From positions 1 to 64,000 of the forward strand of contig CBDCEW010000099.1 in the NCBI GenBank assembly GCA_965215885.1: a stretch of DNA of 64,000 nt. Direction: 5' to 3'. The notes below the pieces were generated by a model. The model did no database searches, was not told the DNA's origin, and worked only from the letters and a program-made list of their open reading frames with translations. This DNA is from Candidatus Moanibacter sp. GTDB lineage: Bacteria; Verrucomicrobiota; Verrucomicrobiia; Opitutales; UBA2987. The translations under genes were made by a program, and so were the position numbers. Shown in pieces: positions 20,594 to 32,200 of this stretch (its first letter is position 1; each line of letters begins with the position of its first letter).

Positions 20594-22003
20594 ATGCGGA
20601 AACAGCTTAGTTATTGGCAGATGCGGGAGACCTTCAAGCGACAGCCGCTTTTCGAAGACAAGACCTGGCGGCTCTCACCCGAACCCTGGCCTTTGTCGGG
20701 AGAAGCGCTGAGCTTGTTGGAGGATGTCGGGGATGCCTGTTTACAGTTTTATCGTGCCGTCGAGCTGCTTTATGAACGGTCTGCAACGGACAGAAATTTA
20801 CTGCGTAACAAAGCGCTGAAAACGCCTTGGGTGGCCGATTACCTCGATCGTGGGAAGCCGAGTTCGCTGATAGATCATGCACGGTCCAAACGGATGCGAG
20901 GGCTGATGCCGATCGTTATTAGACCGGACTTATTAATTACGGAAGAAGGGTTTGCCCTTACAGAAATGGATACGGTGCCGGGTGGTATCGGCTTAACCGC
21001 CTTCCTGAATCAATTTTACGATAACGGCCAATATGAGTTGGTGGGAGGCCGAGAGGGGATGGTTCGGGGTTTCTACGATTCTCTGGCAGCACTCGCTCCC
21101 GATCGAAATCTCCCGATGATCGCAATTCTGGTGAGCGACGAGGCGCAGACCTACCGTCCGGAAATGCAATGGCTTGCGGAGACTCTCCGAGGCTTGGGCA
21201 AACGGGTGTATTGCCTGCACTCCAGCGAAGTGATTCCTCTTGGAAAGACTCTATGCGCTTCGGTAGATGGCAATCCGGAACAGATCGATGTCGTTTACCG
21301 TTTTTGGGAACTCTTCGATCTCGCGAATGTCCCGATTGCCGGTTACATCCTCGAAGCTTGGGAGGAATCCGAGCTGATCGTCACTCCGCCCATGCGACAT
21401 TTCCAGGAGGAAAAGCTGAGTCTGGCTCTATTTCATCATCATCTACTGGGGGATTTCTGGAAAGAAAACCTCTCCAAGCGAGCGCTTCGACTGTTACAAA
21501 AGATAATCCCAAAGTCCTGGATAGTGGATAAAGTCGAGTTGCCACCGAGCGCCGTTCTCGATGCCCCTCATATTGGAGGGAGACCGATTTGGAAGTGGGA
21601 GCAGCTGGGTGAGGCTACCCAAAAAGAGCGCAACCTCATCCTGAAAATGAGCGGATTTCACGAAGGAGCTTGGGGGGCGCGAAGTGTGCTGCTCGGTAGC
21701 GATTCAGCCCGCGTGGAATGGCTGCATGGAATTGAAGCGGCGTTAGAAGCCAGCGATAAAAATCTCTATATTCTACAGGAATACTGCAAGCCGAAACGCT
21801 TGACCCATCCTGTTTACGCCTCTCCGGAAAAGGTCGTTGAGCAGGAGGGTAGAGTACGGTTGAATCCATACTATTACATAAATGGAGATCAGGTCCAATT
21901 GGCGGGCGTCCTGGCGACGTTTTGTCCTGCTGATAAGAAGATTATCCATGGAATGTCGCCTGCAGCTATGGTGCCGTGCAGAAAGGAATCTGTCGGATCC
22001 TAA
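20594..22003 (+). CDS. uncharacterised ATP-grasp-like (glutathionylspermidine synthase-like) protein
   Basis: Motifs IRPDLLITEEGFALTEMDTVPGGIG, ILKMSGFHEGAWGARSV and YILQEY. The start is uncertain (20564 or 20594). Confidence 0.55.
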   Translation: MRKQLSYWQMRETFKRQPLFEDKTWRLSPEPWPLSGEALSLLEDVGDACLQFYRAVELLYERSATDRNLLRNKALKTPWVADYLDRGKPSSLIDHARSKRMRGLMPIVIRPDLLITEEGFALTEMDTVPGGIGLTAFLNQFYDNGQYELVGGREGMVRGFYDSLAALAPDRNLPMIAILVSDEAQTYRPEMQWLAETLRGLGKRVYCLHSSEVIPLGKTLCASVDGNPEQIDVVYRFWELFDLANVPIAGYILEAWEESELIVTPPMRHFQEEKLSLALFHHHLLGDFWKENLSKRALRLLQKIIPKSWIVDKVELPPSAVLDAPHIGGRPIWKWEQLGEATQKERNLILKMSGFHEGAWGARSVLLGSDSARVEWLHGIEAALEASDKNLYILQEYCKPKRLTHPVYASPEKVVEQEGRVRLNPYYYINGDQVQLAGVLATFCPADKKIIHGMSPAAMVPCRKESVGS

Positions 22004-22198
22004 CCCGAACATTTCACAAACCTTCTACTACGACCGTGGATCTTCACCGCGTGTCAATGCCTTCCCTTGCTCGGCGACCTCAGAGGGTCTCAATCCCGGC
22101 TCGCCGGGATCTCCCGCCGTCCTGCGAAAAGGCTTTGATACGCAGTCCCGGCGCGCCGGGACAGTCTCGCTACGAAGTGTGTGAAATGTCCGGGCTAG
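22000..22198. mobile_element. MITE family A between two convergent stop codons
   Basis: Ends CTAACCCGAACATTTCACA...TGTGAAATGTCCGGGCTAG. Confidence 0.8.
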
Positions 22199-25100
22199 CG
22201 GTTGCTTAATTCGACTGAATCTATCTCAAAGTATGAGGGGAAAGAGGTCCACCCGGTAGGATCTCCCGCGATTTCGCCTCCCACATCCAGACTCAAGGCG
22301 AGATACAGTTTCTCCTCTGGAAGCGTATCGAGAATCCGGCCAACTTCGTTTCCGTTGACAGTAAACAGAATGGTTCCTGGCGAAACGGAAATGCCAATCT
22401 TTTGAAGTTGGAGAGAAAAATCACTTCCTTTCCAGGACGAAGTAAGCTTCTCCCTGTCACCCGTGTGGACCTCAAAGTGGAGTCGGTCCGGTTCCCTGCC
22501 GGCGATACTGGCATGCACGAATGATCGTCCGCTTCTCCTACCGATAAGACGAATGGAAGATACCAAACCCTGGCCGAGGGGTGCTTTGCAGAGAATCTCG
22601 AGGGATGGATACTCAGATTCTATCTTACCGAAGGTGTTGATTGCTCCACCGGAATAGGCATATTTGACTCCTCGAAAAACCGTATCGTAATCTGTCGCCG
22701 CAATAAACAGAATTCCATCTCGCAGCGAGACACTTTTGGCGCTGTAACCGTTGTAATGTCCCAGGTTTACCCAGTTTTCAGGGTAGTTGAAATTCCAGAA
22801 AGCCGAGTTGAGTGAGGATCGCACGAAATCGTCATTGAGAATTGCGACCGTTGTGAACGGGTCCGAATCCGGTTCCAAGGCCAGGGAGAATTCCAACCCC
22901 GATACATTCGCCGTGCGTTCCTCCTCATCGCGCGATTGTTGCATGGCCAAAAGCTCAGCTTGCCGGCGTGCTTTATCCTCAGCTTCCCGGCGATCCCTTT
23001 CGGCGGCAAGGCGGCTGGTTTCTTCCTCGGCATGGCGCATATCTTCTTCAGCCTGAAGACGTGCTTCTTCCTCAGCTTTCAATTGCGCTAATTGCGATTC
23101 TCTACGGGCCCTCTTGCTCAGCCTCCTTCAGGCGAGCCTTTTCGGCGGCGATGCGGCTGGTTTCCTCCTCGGCGCGACGCCGCGTTTCCTCTTCAGCCGC
23201 GAGACGGGCCTCTTCTTGAACGATGCGCCTGGTTTCCTCTTCGGCCTGTCGACGAGCATCCTTTTCGACTTTCAATTGCGCTAATTGTGCTTCTCTACGG
23301 TCCTTCTCCTCAGCTTCCCGGCGAGCCTCTTCGGCGGCGATGCGGCTGCCTTCATCCTCGACGCGCCGCCGTATTTCCTCTTCGGCCGCGAGACGGGCTA
23401 TTTCCTCAGCAATCCGCATGGCCTCTTCGTCGGCGCGGCGTTTAGCCTCCTCTTCGGCACGTATTCTTGCGAGTTGAGCCAATCGCTTTTCTTCCTCGCG
23501 GATTGTGCCGCGAATCTCGTCAATCCGGCTTCGTGCAGCCGTAATTCCGGCAGTCGACACTTGATGAGAGTCTCTCAGAGCAGCGATTTCTGCCTCGATT
23601 TGGGTGCGATTGCTCTTGTAACGGCGAATCTCGTCACCCTTCAGTTGCTCGAATTCACGATCGTGGCGGATTCGCGCCTGCTCGGTCAGCCTTTCAATTT
23701 CGTCCCGGCGAAGGTCCTCCAATTCGGCAATGCGCTCTCTCAATTCATCCTCCTGTCGCTCCAGCCAAACTTCGTTGCGCTTAAAGACGCGGACGTAATC
23801 GATCTCAAAGTCGGCGGGGAAAGGGGTCCAGCCGCTGGGGGGACCGGGGCGGTCGCCGCCCACGGCGAAGCTTGCCGCAAGGTACATCGGTTCCCTGGGC
23901 ACCCTCTCAATGGATTGAGCAAGGGCCCGCCCGTCGATGTAATAGGAGACTTCCTCGGGAGTCCATTTTACCCCGACGGTGTGAAAAGTGCGCGAAAAAT
24001 CGATACCTTTGTGGGAAGCGATCTGCTCACTGGGAGTGCTTTCGGTGACAGCAGCAGCGGAGTTGAAGAAGACGCGGTCCGGCTCGTGACCGAGAATCTC
24101 GAAAATATCGATGGCGGGCGACCGGTTTGGCGAGATCAGGGATATCAAGGGCCTCAGTCCTCGACCCTCGGGCACTCGGCAGCGAATCTCGAAATAACCG
24201 TAGGCCTGTTCGAATTTCTGGTGGGTTGTAACTACCCCGCCCGTGAAATCCATCTCGCGCCCGTCGTAGGAAACTGCGTAATCGTTGGCTGTAATGAAGA
24301 GTCGACCGTCTCTAACGCTCACATTATCTGTGGAGTACCCCGCCAATTCATTATTATAGAGCCGTGTCCACGGATACTCCGAATTCCACTTCCCATCGTC
24401 TAACGACTCACCTTCAAATTCATCCTCGAATACGACATCCCAGACCGCTACTTCCGCCGGCTTGACGGGCGTGGCACTGGAAACATCGCGCCCGCGCCTT
24501 TGGGTAATCGATTCACCGGCGTAGGCTACCAGTTCATAGCCGGTGTCAGTCGCCTCAACTGCGTATTTGCTCCCATCGTCCCATGTGATTTGAATGATAT
24601 TCTCAATCTTTCTCCAAGTGCCCGTCTGGCCTTTAAAACCGTTAGGCCCCTTTCCCCAAGTGCTTTTGGCAGTTCCGTCTGGTTTAGTCTGAATTATAAA
24701 CGAATCGCCTTCCGCATCTACCACTTTCCATGCGCCCGTCTCTCCTCCCGCATCGATTTGGAGAGTCGAAATCCGCGCAAGAAGGGATTCGCGAGACGGG
24801 GGCACGAATTTCCTTGTCTCTATAGCGGTGAGGGCATGCAAGTGCCGCTCTTGAGCGGCCCGCAAATCATCTTCGGCTGAGGTAAGGCGACTTGCTTGTT
24901 CGATGGCAGTCCTCTCCAGGTCCTCAAGGATTTGCAGCTGAGCATCTTTCTCACTTTTGAGACCGTTCAGGTAGGACAGTTCCGCCAGCCTCTCCCTCTC
25001 TTTTCTAGCCGCTTCGCGGGCCAATTGCTTTTGCGCCTCAACCCGCCGTCGTTTCTCTGCCTCGAGTTCTCGCTGCTTCTGAGCCAGGACTTGCCGGTGT

Positions 25101-26848
25101 GCTGTTTCCTCCGCCTTCTGCCGAGCGCGCTCCTGAGTCTTCTCTCTCGCCAGTTCATCTGCTCTCCGCTGCTCTTCCTGGAGAGACTTTTCCCGAGTAA
25201 TCGCCTCAGCGTGAAGGCGTACGTCTTCTTCAGCGCGCCGATGCGCTTCGTCTTCAGCCTGTCTCCGAGCTTCGACCCGAGCGCGCGTTCTCGCTTTTTC
25301 CTGCTTCCGCCTTTCTTCGCTTTCGTCGAGACTGATTTGCCCTTCCCTGCGTCTGCTCCGCTCCTCCTCTTCCGCCCGTCGCCTCCCTTCTCTCTCGCGA
25401 CGGGAGCGCTCTCTTTCTTCTGCTTGCTGTTGCGCCAATTCCTCGCGCTGGAGCCGTTCTTCTTCGAGGGCGCGGCGCCTAGCTTTCTCCTCCGCGAGGT
25501 GCCGTGCTTCCTGATCCGCACGCAGCCTCTCTTCCTTCTCTTCGGCCAGGATTCTCGCCTGTTGCTCTTCCTCTCGGCGGAGACGTTCACGCTCTTCTGC
25601 TAAGCGGAGAGTTTCCTCTTCAGCGCGCCTGCGCTCCTCTTCCTCGGCTTGTTGGCGGGCGACTTCCGCCCTCCGTTTTTCTACAACTTCCAGGCGGATG
25701 CTGCTTTCATAGTCCTCGAAAGCCTGGTCGGAGATTTTTTCAACGGTTACCTCAATTGTGGCGGCGCTCGTTGTGACGGAGACATCGGGAGGATATCTTG
25801 CCATTTTCAATTCATCCTCAATGACTCGGAGCGTCACCTGATTCCCATTAGTCCACGTGATATGTATTCCATCGGGGAGCTTAACCCAGCGACCGCGTAA
25901 TCGCTTCACCGAGTATTCGCCGTCAAAGCGAATTCTGCTGGCGTGGCTCCATCGATCCACGATAATGTGATAGAGCACGTCATCTTCGACCTTCCAGTAG
26001 CCAACAAAGTCCTCAGTGACTGCAATAGGGCCTACCGCGAGATCAAAGTATGATCGAACCTCGGAGACATCTACCCTGTCTATCGCGGTGGAGGAGTCTC
26101 GTGTCCCACTGAGGACGTGACCACCCAGGAAACTCTCAAAAATAAACCCGGTTGGCGTTTTCCTGATAACTTCACTGCTACCATCATCCCAAACCAGTTG
26201 AGCCTCGTTCCCTACCAGGTTCCATGAACCTTGGATAAGATCGGTGCCGCGTCGAACCGGTTCCGCACGGGTGGCATTACCTCCCCTTCGCAAAAAGTAA
26301 TAGATAGGAGCGTCTTTCTCCTTCCGCACTTCCCAGAATCCGATAAATTCGCTACGATTCGGAGGGAGCGGTGTATCCGGTTGAACCGGAGGAAGTGGGC
26401 TCTTCCCTTCGCTAGGAGAAGGAACGACTAGACTACCGATCCGTTCCTCCTCCAGTTTTTGGGCGCGCATCACGCTGTTAGGTGCACCCTCGATTGAATG
26501 ACCGGGGGCGAACTCATGTCTGAAATAACGCCTTCCTTCTTTTATCAGGATATCGGTGTAGCCATTGTCCCAAGTAAGAATTAATCGGCTATTTTCAAAT
26601 ACCCACCGACCTTTATCGATCCTGTTACTTCCTGTGCCCGAAAAAAAGCTGGAGGCACGGCCGTGCAGTTTTACTACTATGTAGAGGGTATCGCCTTCGG
26701 GTTGCTGCACGACCCACCACCCGACAAAATCCTTCTCCGTTACTGTCGGAGTGGGGTCGAGGACCTCCTGACTGGAGAGAGTTAAGATGGAGTTTAAGAG
26801 GGCAAGTAAGCCTGCGAGATACCAAAATCGCTTTGGTCTGGCTGCCAT
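22195..26848 (-). CDS. large secreted protein (about 1550 aa) with four beta-rich repeats, coiled coils and two GH16-like domains; split by one frameshift
   Basis: Signal peptide, E/R/A-rich coiled coils, and the GH16 fold VFEDEFEG..LDDGKW...YGYFEIR...FHTVGVKWTPEEVSYYIDG...FEIDYVRVF. An extra G at 23109-23111 separates 23102..26848 from 22195..23082. Confidence 0.75.
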
Positions 26849-27086
26849 GAGAGATGGGAATACGAGGTAGCGCTTGTTTAATCAAGCATTATCACTAACC
26901 CGAAGATCTCACTACCGAGCAAAGCGACATCTTGTTATCTTCGGGTTAGAAAGCGAAACCGCAGTGTAAGTTTTTTGAGAATAAAAAAGGTTGCTGCAGA
27001 AGAATGATCTTCCGTTTTACCGTTCAAGAATCAACACCGCGTCGAATTGGGAATTCGTGCTTCTATTAGATGTAACGTTCCAAATA

Positions 27087-27911
27087 TCACAATTTTTTTG
27101 AAGGCGGTTTCGCCGGAGTCCGGAAATCTGGGAGATTTCCGGATTGAGACGCGAGCATCGCAAAATCCAGCTGCGAATAGCTGATATGTCGTTTTCGCAA
27201 ACAGGCCCAATCGGTGTTTTCCGTGGGAGGGTGAATGGTGCCCGGGTGGTAGCTGAATTGGAATGTGTCATCGCCGCTTTTCTCGAAAAGACTGCCGAAC
27301 GTGAGGCGGGCCGGTACCGTATTTTCGATAGGAGTGTCGGGATAAACCGGATGCGGAAAATTAACATTGTGAACGATGTATTCTTCTTCGACTTCACCGA
27401 AGCGATTTCCTGCGAATTCCGCCGAAATTGCCGCTGCCGTATTCAACGATGAATCAAGATCGACCGGCACTTGCCCTTTGTTTTCTTTTACTTCGTCAAA
27501 AATCTTGTTCGGAATTGCAATCGAGAGAGCGAGGGAGGGAATTCCCCAGGCCGCTCCCTGTAGGGCCCCGGCGACGGTTCCCGATGAGAGAATCATGGGT
27601 ATGGTAATGTTGACCCCGATATTCATTCCTGACACAACCTTGGCGGGCTTTTCCGGTAGAAGGTGGCCCAGGGCGATATTTACACAGTCTGTTGGTGTGC
27701 CATCGACCGCCCAAGCCTTGCAGTTCATGTGCGGGTAGGTCTCCACCCGGATCGTGGAACTGCGACTCATGGATGTGCCACTCCAGCTTTTCTCGCTACT
27801 TGGCGCAACGACATTGACTTCGAAATGTTGCATCAGCGCCTTCACCAATATGGTGAGGAAGTAGGAATCTATGCCGTCGTCGTTGGTGACCAGTAGTAGA
27901 GGGGCGCTCAC
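27087..27911 (-). CDS. surE: 5'/3'-nucleotidase SurE
   Basis: Motifs LVTNDDGI, VDGTPTDCV, SGMNIG and SSGTVAGA. Confidence 0.95.
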   Translation of the reverse strand: MSAPLLLVTNDDGIDSYFLTILVKALMQHFEVNVVAPSSEKSWSGTSMSRSSTIRVETYPHMNCKAWAVDGTPTDCVNIALGHLLPEKPAKVVSGMNIGVNITIPMILSSGTVAGALQGAAWGIPSLALSIAIPNKIFDEVKENKGQVPVDLDSSLNTAAAISAEFAGNRFGEVEEEYIVHNVNFPHPVYPDTPIENTVPARLTFGSLFEKSGDDTFQFSYHPGTIHPPTENTDWACLRKRHISYSQLDFAMLASQSGNLPDFRTPAKPPSKKL

Positions 27912-27923
27912 TGAGGTTTACAG

Positions 27924-30209
27924 TTAGTCTCTCTCTTTGAAGCTTCTCCTCGGGCCCCTTCCGCGATCGTCTCGACCGCCCCTTTCGCGATCATCTCGTC
28001 CGCCCCTCCTTGGACGATCATTGCGGGGGCGACTCTCCCTTTTCGGCGGGATCTCGAATTCCGGGATCGGTTCCCCTTTTTCGATGGCCTCTCTTTCGGC
28101 CATGGCGATTCTGCGGCTTAACCGAACGCGGCCTCTTTCATCGACGTCAATACACTTTACCCACATCTCGTCTCCCATTTTGCAGACGTCTTCGACTCTG
28201 TTGACACGAAAATCCGCGAGCTCAGATACGTGAACGAGACCTTCTTTTCCGGGAAGACACTCCACAAAACAACCGAATTCCTTTATGCCACGAACAGTGC
28301 CGCGGTAGGATTTCCCAACCTCGATATCTCCTATTGCAATTTCGATTTCTTCGATTGCTCGCTGCAAGGCGTCTTTGCCCGTTGCGTATACCAGCACTTT
28401 TCCGCTGTTGTCTTCGTTTATGTCGATTTGAGCCGCACTGACTTCCGTGATTCTGCGTATGGTCTTTCCACCCGGACCGATGAGGGCACCGATCTTTTCA
28501 GGATCAATCTGCATCTGATGAATTCGAGGAGCGTGCTCTCTAAGTTCCGAACGCGGCGTTGCGATTTCCTCCGCCATAATTTCGAGAATTTTCAGTCGAG
28601 CCTCGCGATTTCTACTGATTGCGGCTTTTGCAATGTCAAATGGTAAACCGGCAATTTTCAGATCGAGCTGGAATCCCGTTATTCCTTTATTTGTGCCGGA
28701 AATCTTGAAATCCATGTCCCCAAAATGATCTTCACTACCAATGATGTCGGTAAGGATGACATGCTTGGAAATTGATCCGGATTCGTCTATCTCCGCAACG
28801 AGTCCGGCTGAGATGCCGGCAACCATATCGGTGATCGGCACTCCTGCGTCCATTAGTGCCAGGCAGCCTCCGCATACTGAAGCCATCGATGTGGAGCCGT
28901 TTGACTCCATAATTTCTGAAACGAGCCTGATTGAGTAGGGAAATGTCTCCTCTCCCGGAAGGACCGGAAGGAGGGAACGCTCCGAGAGGGCTCCGTGACC
29001 GACCTCTCGGCGTCCCGGACCCATTATGCGCCCTGTCTCACCCACCGAGTAATGTGGGAAATTATAATGGAGAATAAAAGATTTTGATCTGGGCCCTCCC
29101 GTCAAACCGTCCATATCCTGGTGATCGGAAGTTGTGCCGAGCGTACCGATAACCAAAGCCTGAGTTTCGCCGCGCTGGAAAAGTGCGGAACCATGGACTC
29201 GCGGTAAGACCCCCGCTTGACACTCGATATCTCGAAGATCCTCGGGACCTCTTCCGTCGACTCTTTTACCGTGCTCGAGGATATTTCCACGATAGACATC
29301 CTCTTCCAGGGTTTCAAAAGCCATTCGCAGTTGATCCGGGTCATATTCCTCCTCGCCGACCTTTTCAATGAGTTTTTCTTCGACCGCGGATTTGAGCGCT
29401 TTCACGGCCTCTTCGCGCTCCTGCTTCATCGGTTTGAAGACGGCTTCTACAAGTTTATCACCGGCTTCCATCCGCGCGAATTCAAGAATCTCCGGATCAC
29501 ATACATAGAGTTCAAAGTCTTTCTTTCTCTTTTCGCACTGCTCCGCGAGTTGCCTCTGGGCACGCACGATCTTTTGCACATTTTCCTGAGCGAAAGCGAG
29601 CGCTTCGATGAATCGATCTTCCGGAATTTGTTCCGCGCTTCCTTCGATCATCATCATCTCCTTCTCGTTGCCCACGTAGACGAGGTCGAGAGTTGATTCG
29701 AACTGTTGTTCATGGCTGGGATTGGCGACAAACTCACCACCAACCTCACCGATCCTGACACAGCCGACGGGACCGTCCCAGGGTATATCGGAGATCAACA
29801 GGGCGGTGGAGGCACCGTTCACCATGAGTATGTCTGAGTCGTTCTTCAGATCAGAACTCAAAAGGAACCCAACTACCTGAACTTCGTTCATAAAACCCTT
29901 AGGAAAAAGTGGCCGAAGAGGTCGATCACAGAGGCGCGAAGTAAGGATTTCTTTTTCTGAGGGCCTGCTTTCACGCTTGAAATAACCCCCCGGAAATCGA
30001 CCGGCCGCCGAGAATTTCTCCCGGTAATCCACCTGAAGAGGAAAATAATCCTGCCCGGGTCTCAAAGTAGGGGCTGCCGTGGCCGCCACGAATACCGTGG
30101 TCTCCTCCAGTCTTATTGTTACTGCCCCCCCGGCCTGTTTGGCAATATTGCCTGTTTCCAGGACAATACCTAAGTCTTCTACTGTAACGGAATGTTGCTG
30201 TCGTAGCAT
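27924..30209 (-). CDS. pnp: polyribonucleotide nucleotidyltransferase
   Basis: Two RNase PH domains ([30 protein letters not shown]) plus KH and S1 domains. Confidence 0.98.
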   Translation of the reverse strand: MLRQQHSVTVEDLGIVLETGNIAKQAGGAVTIRLEETTVFVAATAAPTLRPGQDYFPLQVDYREKFSAAGRFPGGYFKRESRPSEKEILTSRLCDRPLRPLFPKGFMNEVQVVGFLLSSDLKNDSDILMVNGASTALLISDIPWDGPVGCVRIGEVGGEFVANPSHEQQFESTLDLVYVGNEKEMMMIEGSAEQIPEDRFIEALAFAQENVQKIVRAQRQLAEQCEKRKKDFELYVCDPEILEFARMEAGDKLVEAVFKPMKQEREEAVKALKSAVEEKLIEKVGEEEYDPDQLRMAFETLEEDVYRGNILEHGKRVDGRGPEDLRDIECQAGVLPRVHGSALFQRGETQALVIGTLGTTSDHQDMDGLTGGPRSKSFILHYNFPHYSVGETGRIMGPGRREVGHGALSERSLLPVLPGEETFPYSIRLVSEIMESNGSTSMASVCGGCLALMDAGVPITDMVAGISAGLVAEIDESGSISKHVILTDIIGSEDHFGDMDFKISGTNKGITGFQLDLKIAGLPFDIAKAAISRNREARLKILEIMAEEIATPRSELREHAPRIHQMQIDPEKIGALIGPGGKTIRRITEVSAAQIDINEDNSGKVLVYATGKDALQRAIEEIEIAIGDIEVGKSYRGTVRGIKEFGCFVECLPGKEGLVHVSELADFRVNRVEDVCKMGDEMWVKCIDVDERGRVRLSRRIAMAEREAIEKGEPIPEFEIPPKRESRPRNDRPRRGGRDDRERGGRDDRGRGPRRSFKERD

Positions 30210-30411
30210 TTCTTGCTCTTTCTCATTGCATTATTTGAATCGGCGACATCGAGTCGCTTTCTCCCATCGGATTACGGCCTGTAATAGTATTCAAACCGTT
30301 GCTAAAATTTACATTGTTTCAACCGCTTCTCCCCGAAGCTCCTCCAGCAGTGCGACTGTTCTCCCGGAACTTCGCCTGTTTAGAGAATGGCGGTGTATCC
30401 CCTTGAGGTGT

Positions 30412-30678
30412 CTAACGACGAAGGTTCAAACGCTTGATCAAATTATTGTATCTATTCAGATCGTGCCTTTTGACATAAGCGAGAAGCTTTCGCCTTCGGC
30501 TTGTCAGTGCGATTAGACCTCTCCGGGAATGAAAGTCTTTACGGTGGTCACGCAAATGTCCCGTGAGGTGGTTGACCCTGGCTGTGATCAATGCGATTTG
30601 CACCTCGCACGAACCTGTATCGGCCTCGTGTAGTCGGTAGTCTCGTATGATTGATTCTTTTTCTATGGTTTCCGGCAT
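30412..30678 (-). CDS. rpsO: 30S ribosomal protein S15
   Basis: Motifs [10 protein letters not shown] and [11 protein letters not shown]; it lies upstream of pnp. Confidence 0.98.
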   Translation of the reverse strand: MPETIEKESIIRDYRLHEADTGSCEVQIALITARVNHLTGHLRDHRKDFHSRRGLIALTSRRRKLLAYVKRHDLNRYNNLIKRLNLRR

Positions 30679-30689
30679 TATTTCCCTTC

Positions 30690-30745
30690 GAGTTGACAGC
30701 TTCCGGGACGTGGATCAAACCTTGTCCGTGAACCAGCCGCAACCA
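30690..30745 (-). promoter_or_regulatory. candidate S15 autoregulatory leader hairpin
   Basis: On the minus strand GTTG-CGGCT pairs with AGCTG-T-CAAC and encloses a GGAC/GTCC stem, just 5' of the rpsO RBS. Confidence 0.35.
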
Positions 30746-31070
30746 GTTTCACCGTATCAGCCCTCGCGTGTTTTTCGCCTGGGCGAGCCGCGGAAAGAGC
30801 CTCCAAAAAGCAGCTCGTTTCTCAAAGCAAAAAGACAGAAAATGTCCGGCTTTAAAAGCTTTGCAAGCAAAAAGACAAGGACGAACCCGCGAGGCAGCCA
30901 GGCCTTCCAGGTTTGTCCCGCCTTGCTTTCGACCCCATGGCGCATCCACATTGGTTAAGCGCATTTGTCAGACATCACACCAGCCAGGAATGTTCACTAC
31001 CGATCCCGGCTCAGCGGGAGACCCCCTCATTTTTCCGAACTGCGATATACTCTGACCCTGGAACGGGCAA

Positions 31071-31439
31071 TTATCCGGCCGTTAATCTGATATCCTTGAC
31101 GCTCTCGCATCCGGGCAAGTGACGGATGCGGTTGAGGATAGCAACACGCTGAAAGTTGAGCTCCTGTCGAAGGGTTTGATTAGCCACCTGGACTATGAGC
31201 CGGCCATTTCGATCGATTCTCGTTGGACTGCAACGAGGGGCGTTAACTTCGCCCATAACTCTCTTCCAGTTTTCAATAATCGTTTCAGCCGGCCGTCGTT
31301 TACCGATTTTATATCTCTCAAATATGACTTCCAGGATGGAGTCGATTTTGAACGGTTGGCGAACAATGGAGGTAGATTCGTCCTTTGGAAGGGAGCGCAG
31401 ACTTGCGATGAGGTTTTCAATACGACGGGAATACTTCAT
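31071..31439 (-). CDS. DUF721/DciA-family protein
   Basis: Motif IIENWKRVMGE...LIVQVANQTLRQEL....ILNRI. Confidence 0.8.
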   Translation of the reverse strand: MKYSRRIENLIASLRSLPKDESTSIVRQPFKIDSILEVIFERYKIGKRRPAETIIENWKRVMGEVNAPRCSPTRIDRNGRLIVQVANQTLRQELNFQRVAILNRIRHLPGCESVKDIRLTAG

Positions 31440-32200
31440 AAACCTGGGGACTGTACTATTACTGGCGAACTGAGGGAAGAAAATTCGCGTCTGAACGCGA
31501 ATTTCCAGGCATTTCGCGGAGTGAAATGAGAGGGGAGCGAACAGTGATACGGGATGCCGAATACGAGATGCGGAATCGGATATTCGGATGGTATAAGGCG
31601 TGGTTAAGCTGGAGAGACCCTGGCTTAGCTTGTGTACACCCGCGAGGGATGTAGGACCGCGCTTGTGCGGGATGAAGCAAGTGGATCGGTTGATTCAGGG
31701 CAATCCCACCACAGAAGATCGAGCAGGTTTCTGCTATCTCATCGTGACTCTCAATCGTGATCTCCCGTCGATCTTTCGTATTTCGAATTTAGATCACAGT
31801 TATGATTCACGAGTTTAAATTGTTGGCGCTTTCTCCTTTTATCGAACTTCGAAATCGTTCTCTTTCTCAAAGAGGGGTGCCCGCTAAAAACGCGAAAAGG
31901 CGCGAAAGTGGGATCGAACTGGATCGTCGATACAACTAGCAACGCAATGGCTGCGATCAGCCTTGAGTTTTAGCGCATTGAGTCAATGAAGTGGCGGGCA
32001 ATTGGAAGGTAAAGTGGGATTATACTTTTCCGTCCACCGATGAATTGACCAAAAAGTATTACACCGACCCGAATGGGGCAATTATCGTCAGCTATTTTGC
32101 GAAGAGATCCCGAGGTCATCTTTTCGTTCTTTTCGCCTATTCGGCGTCGGAACCGTCTAGCAAAGCAACGGAATTGGTAAGAAGGAAGGAGGCAGGCTTA

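Noticed and set aside
23285..25603. Long plus-strand ORFs
   Set aside because: They are antisense shadows of the coiled-coil/GH16 gene. The same applies to 45628..46632 (ftsH) and 7531..8325 (transposase).
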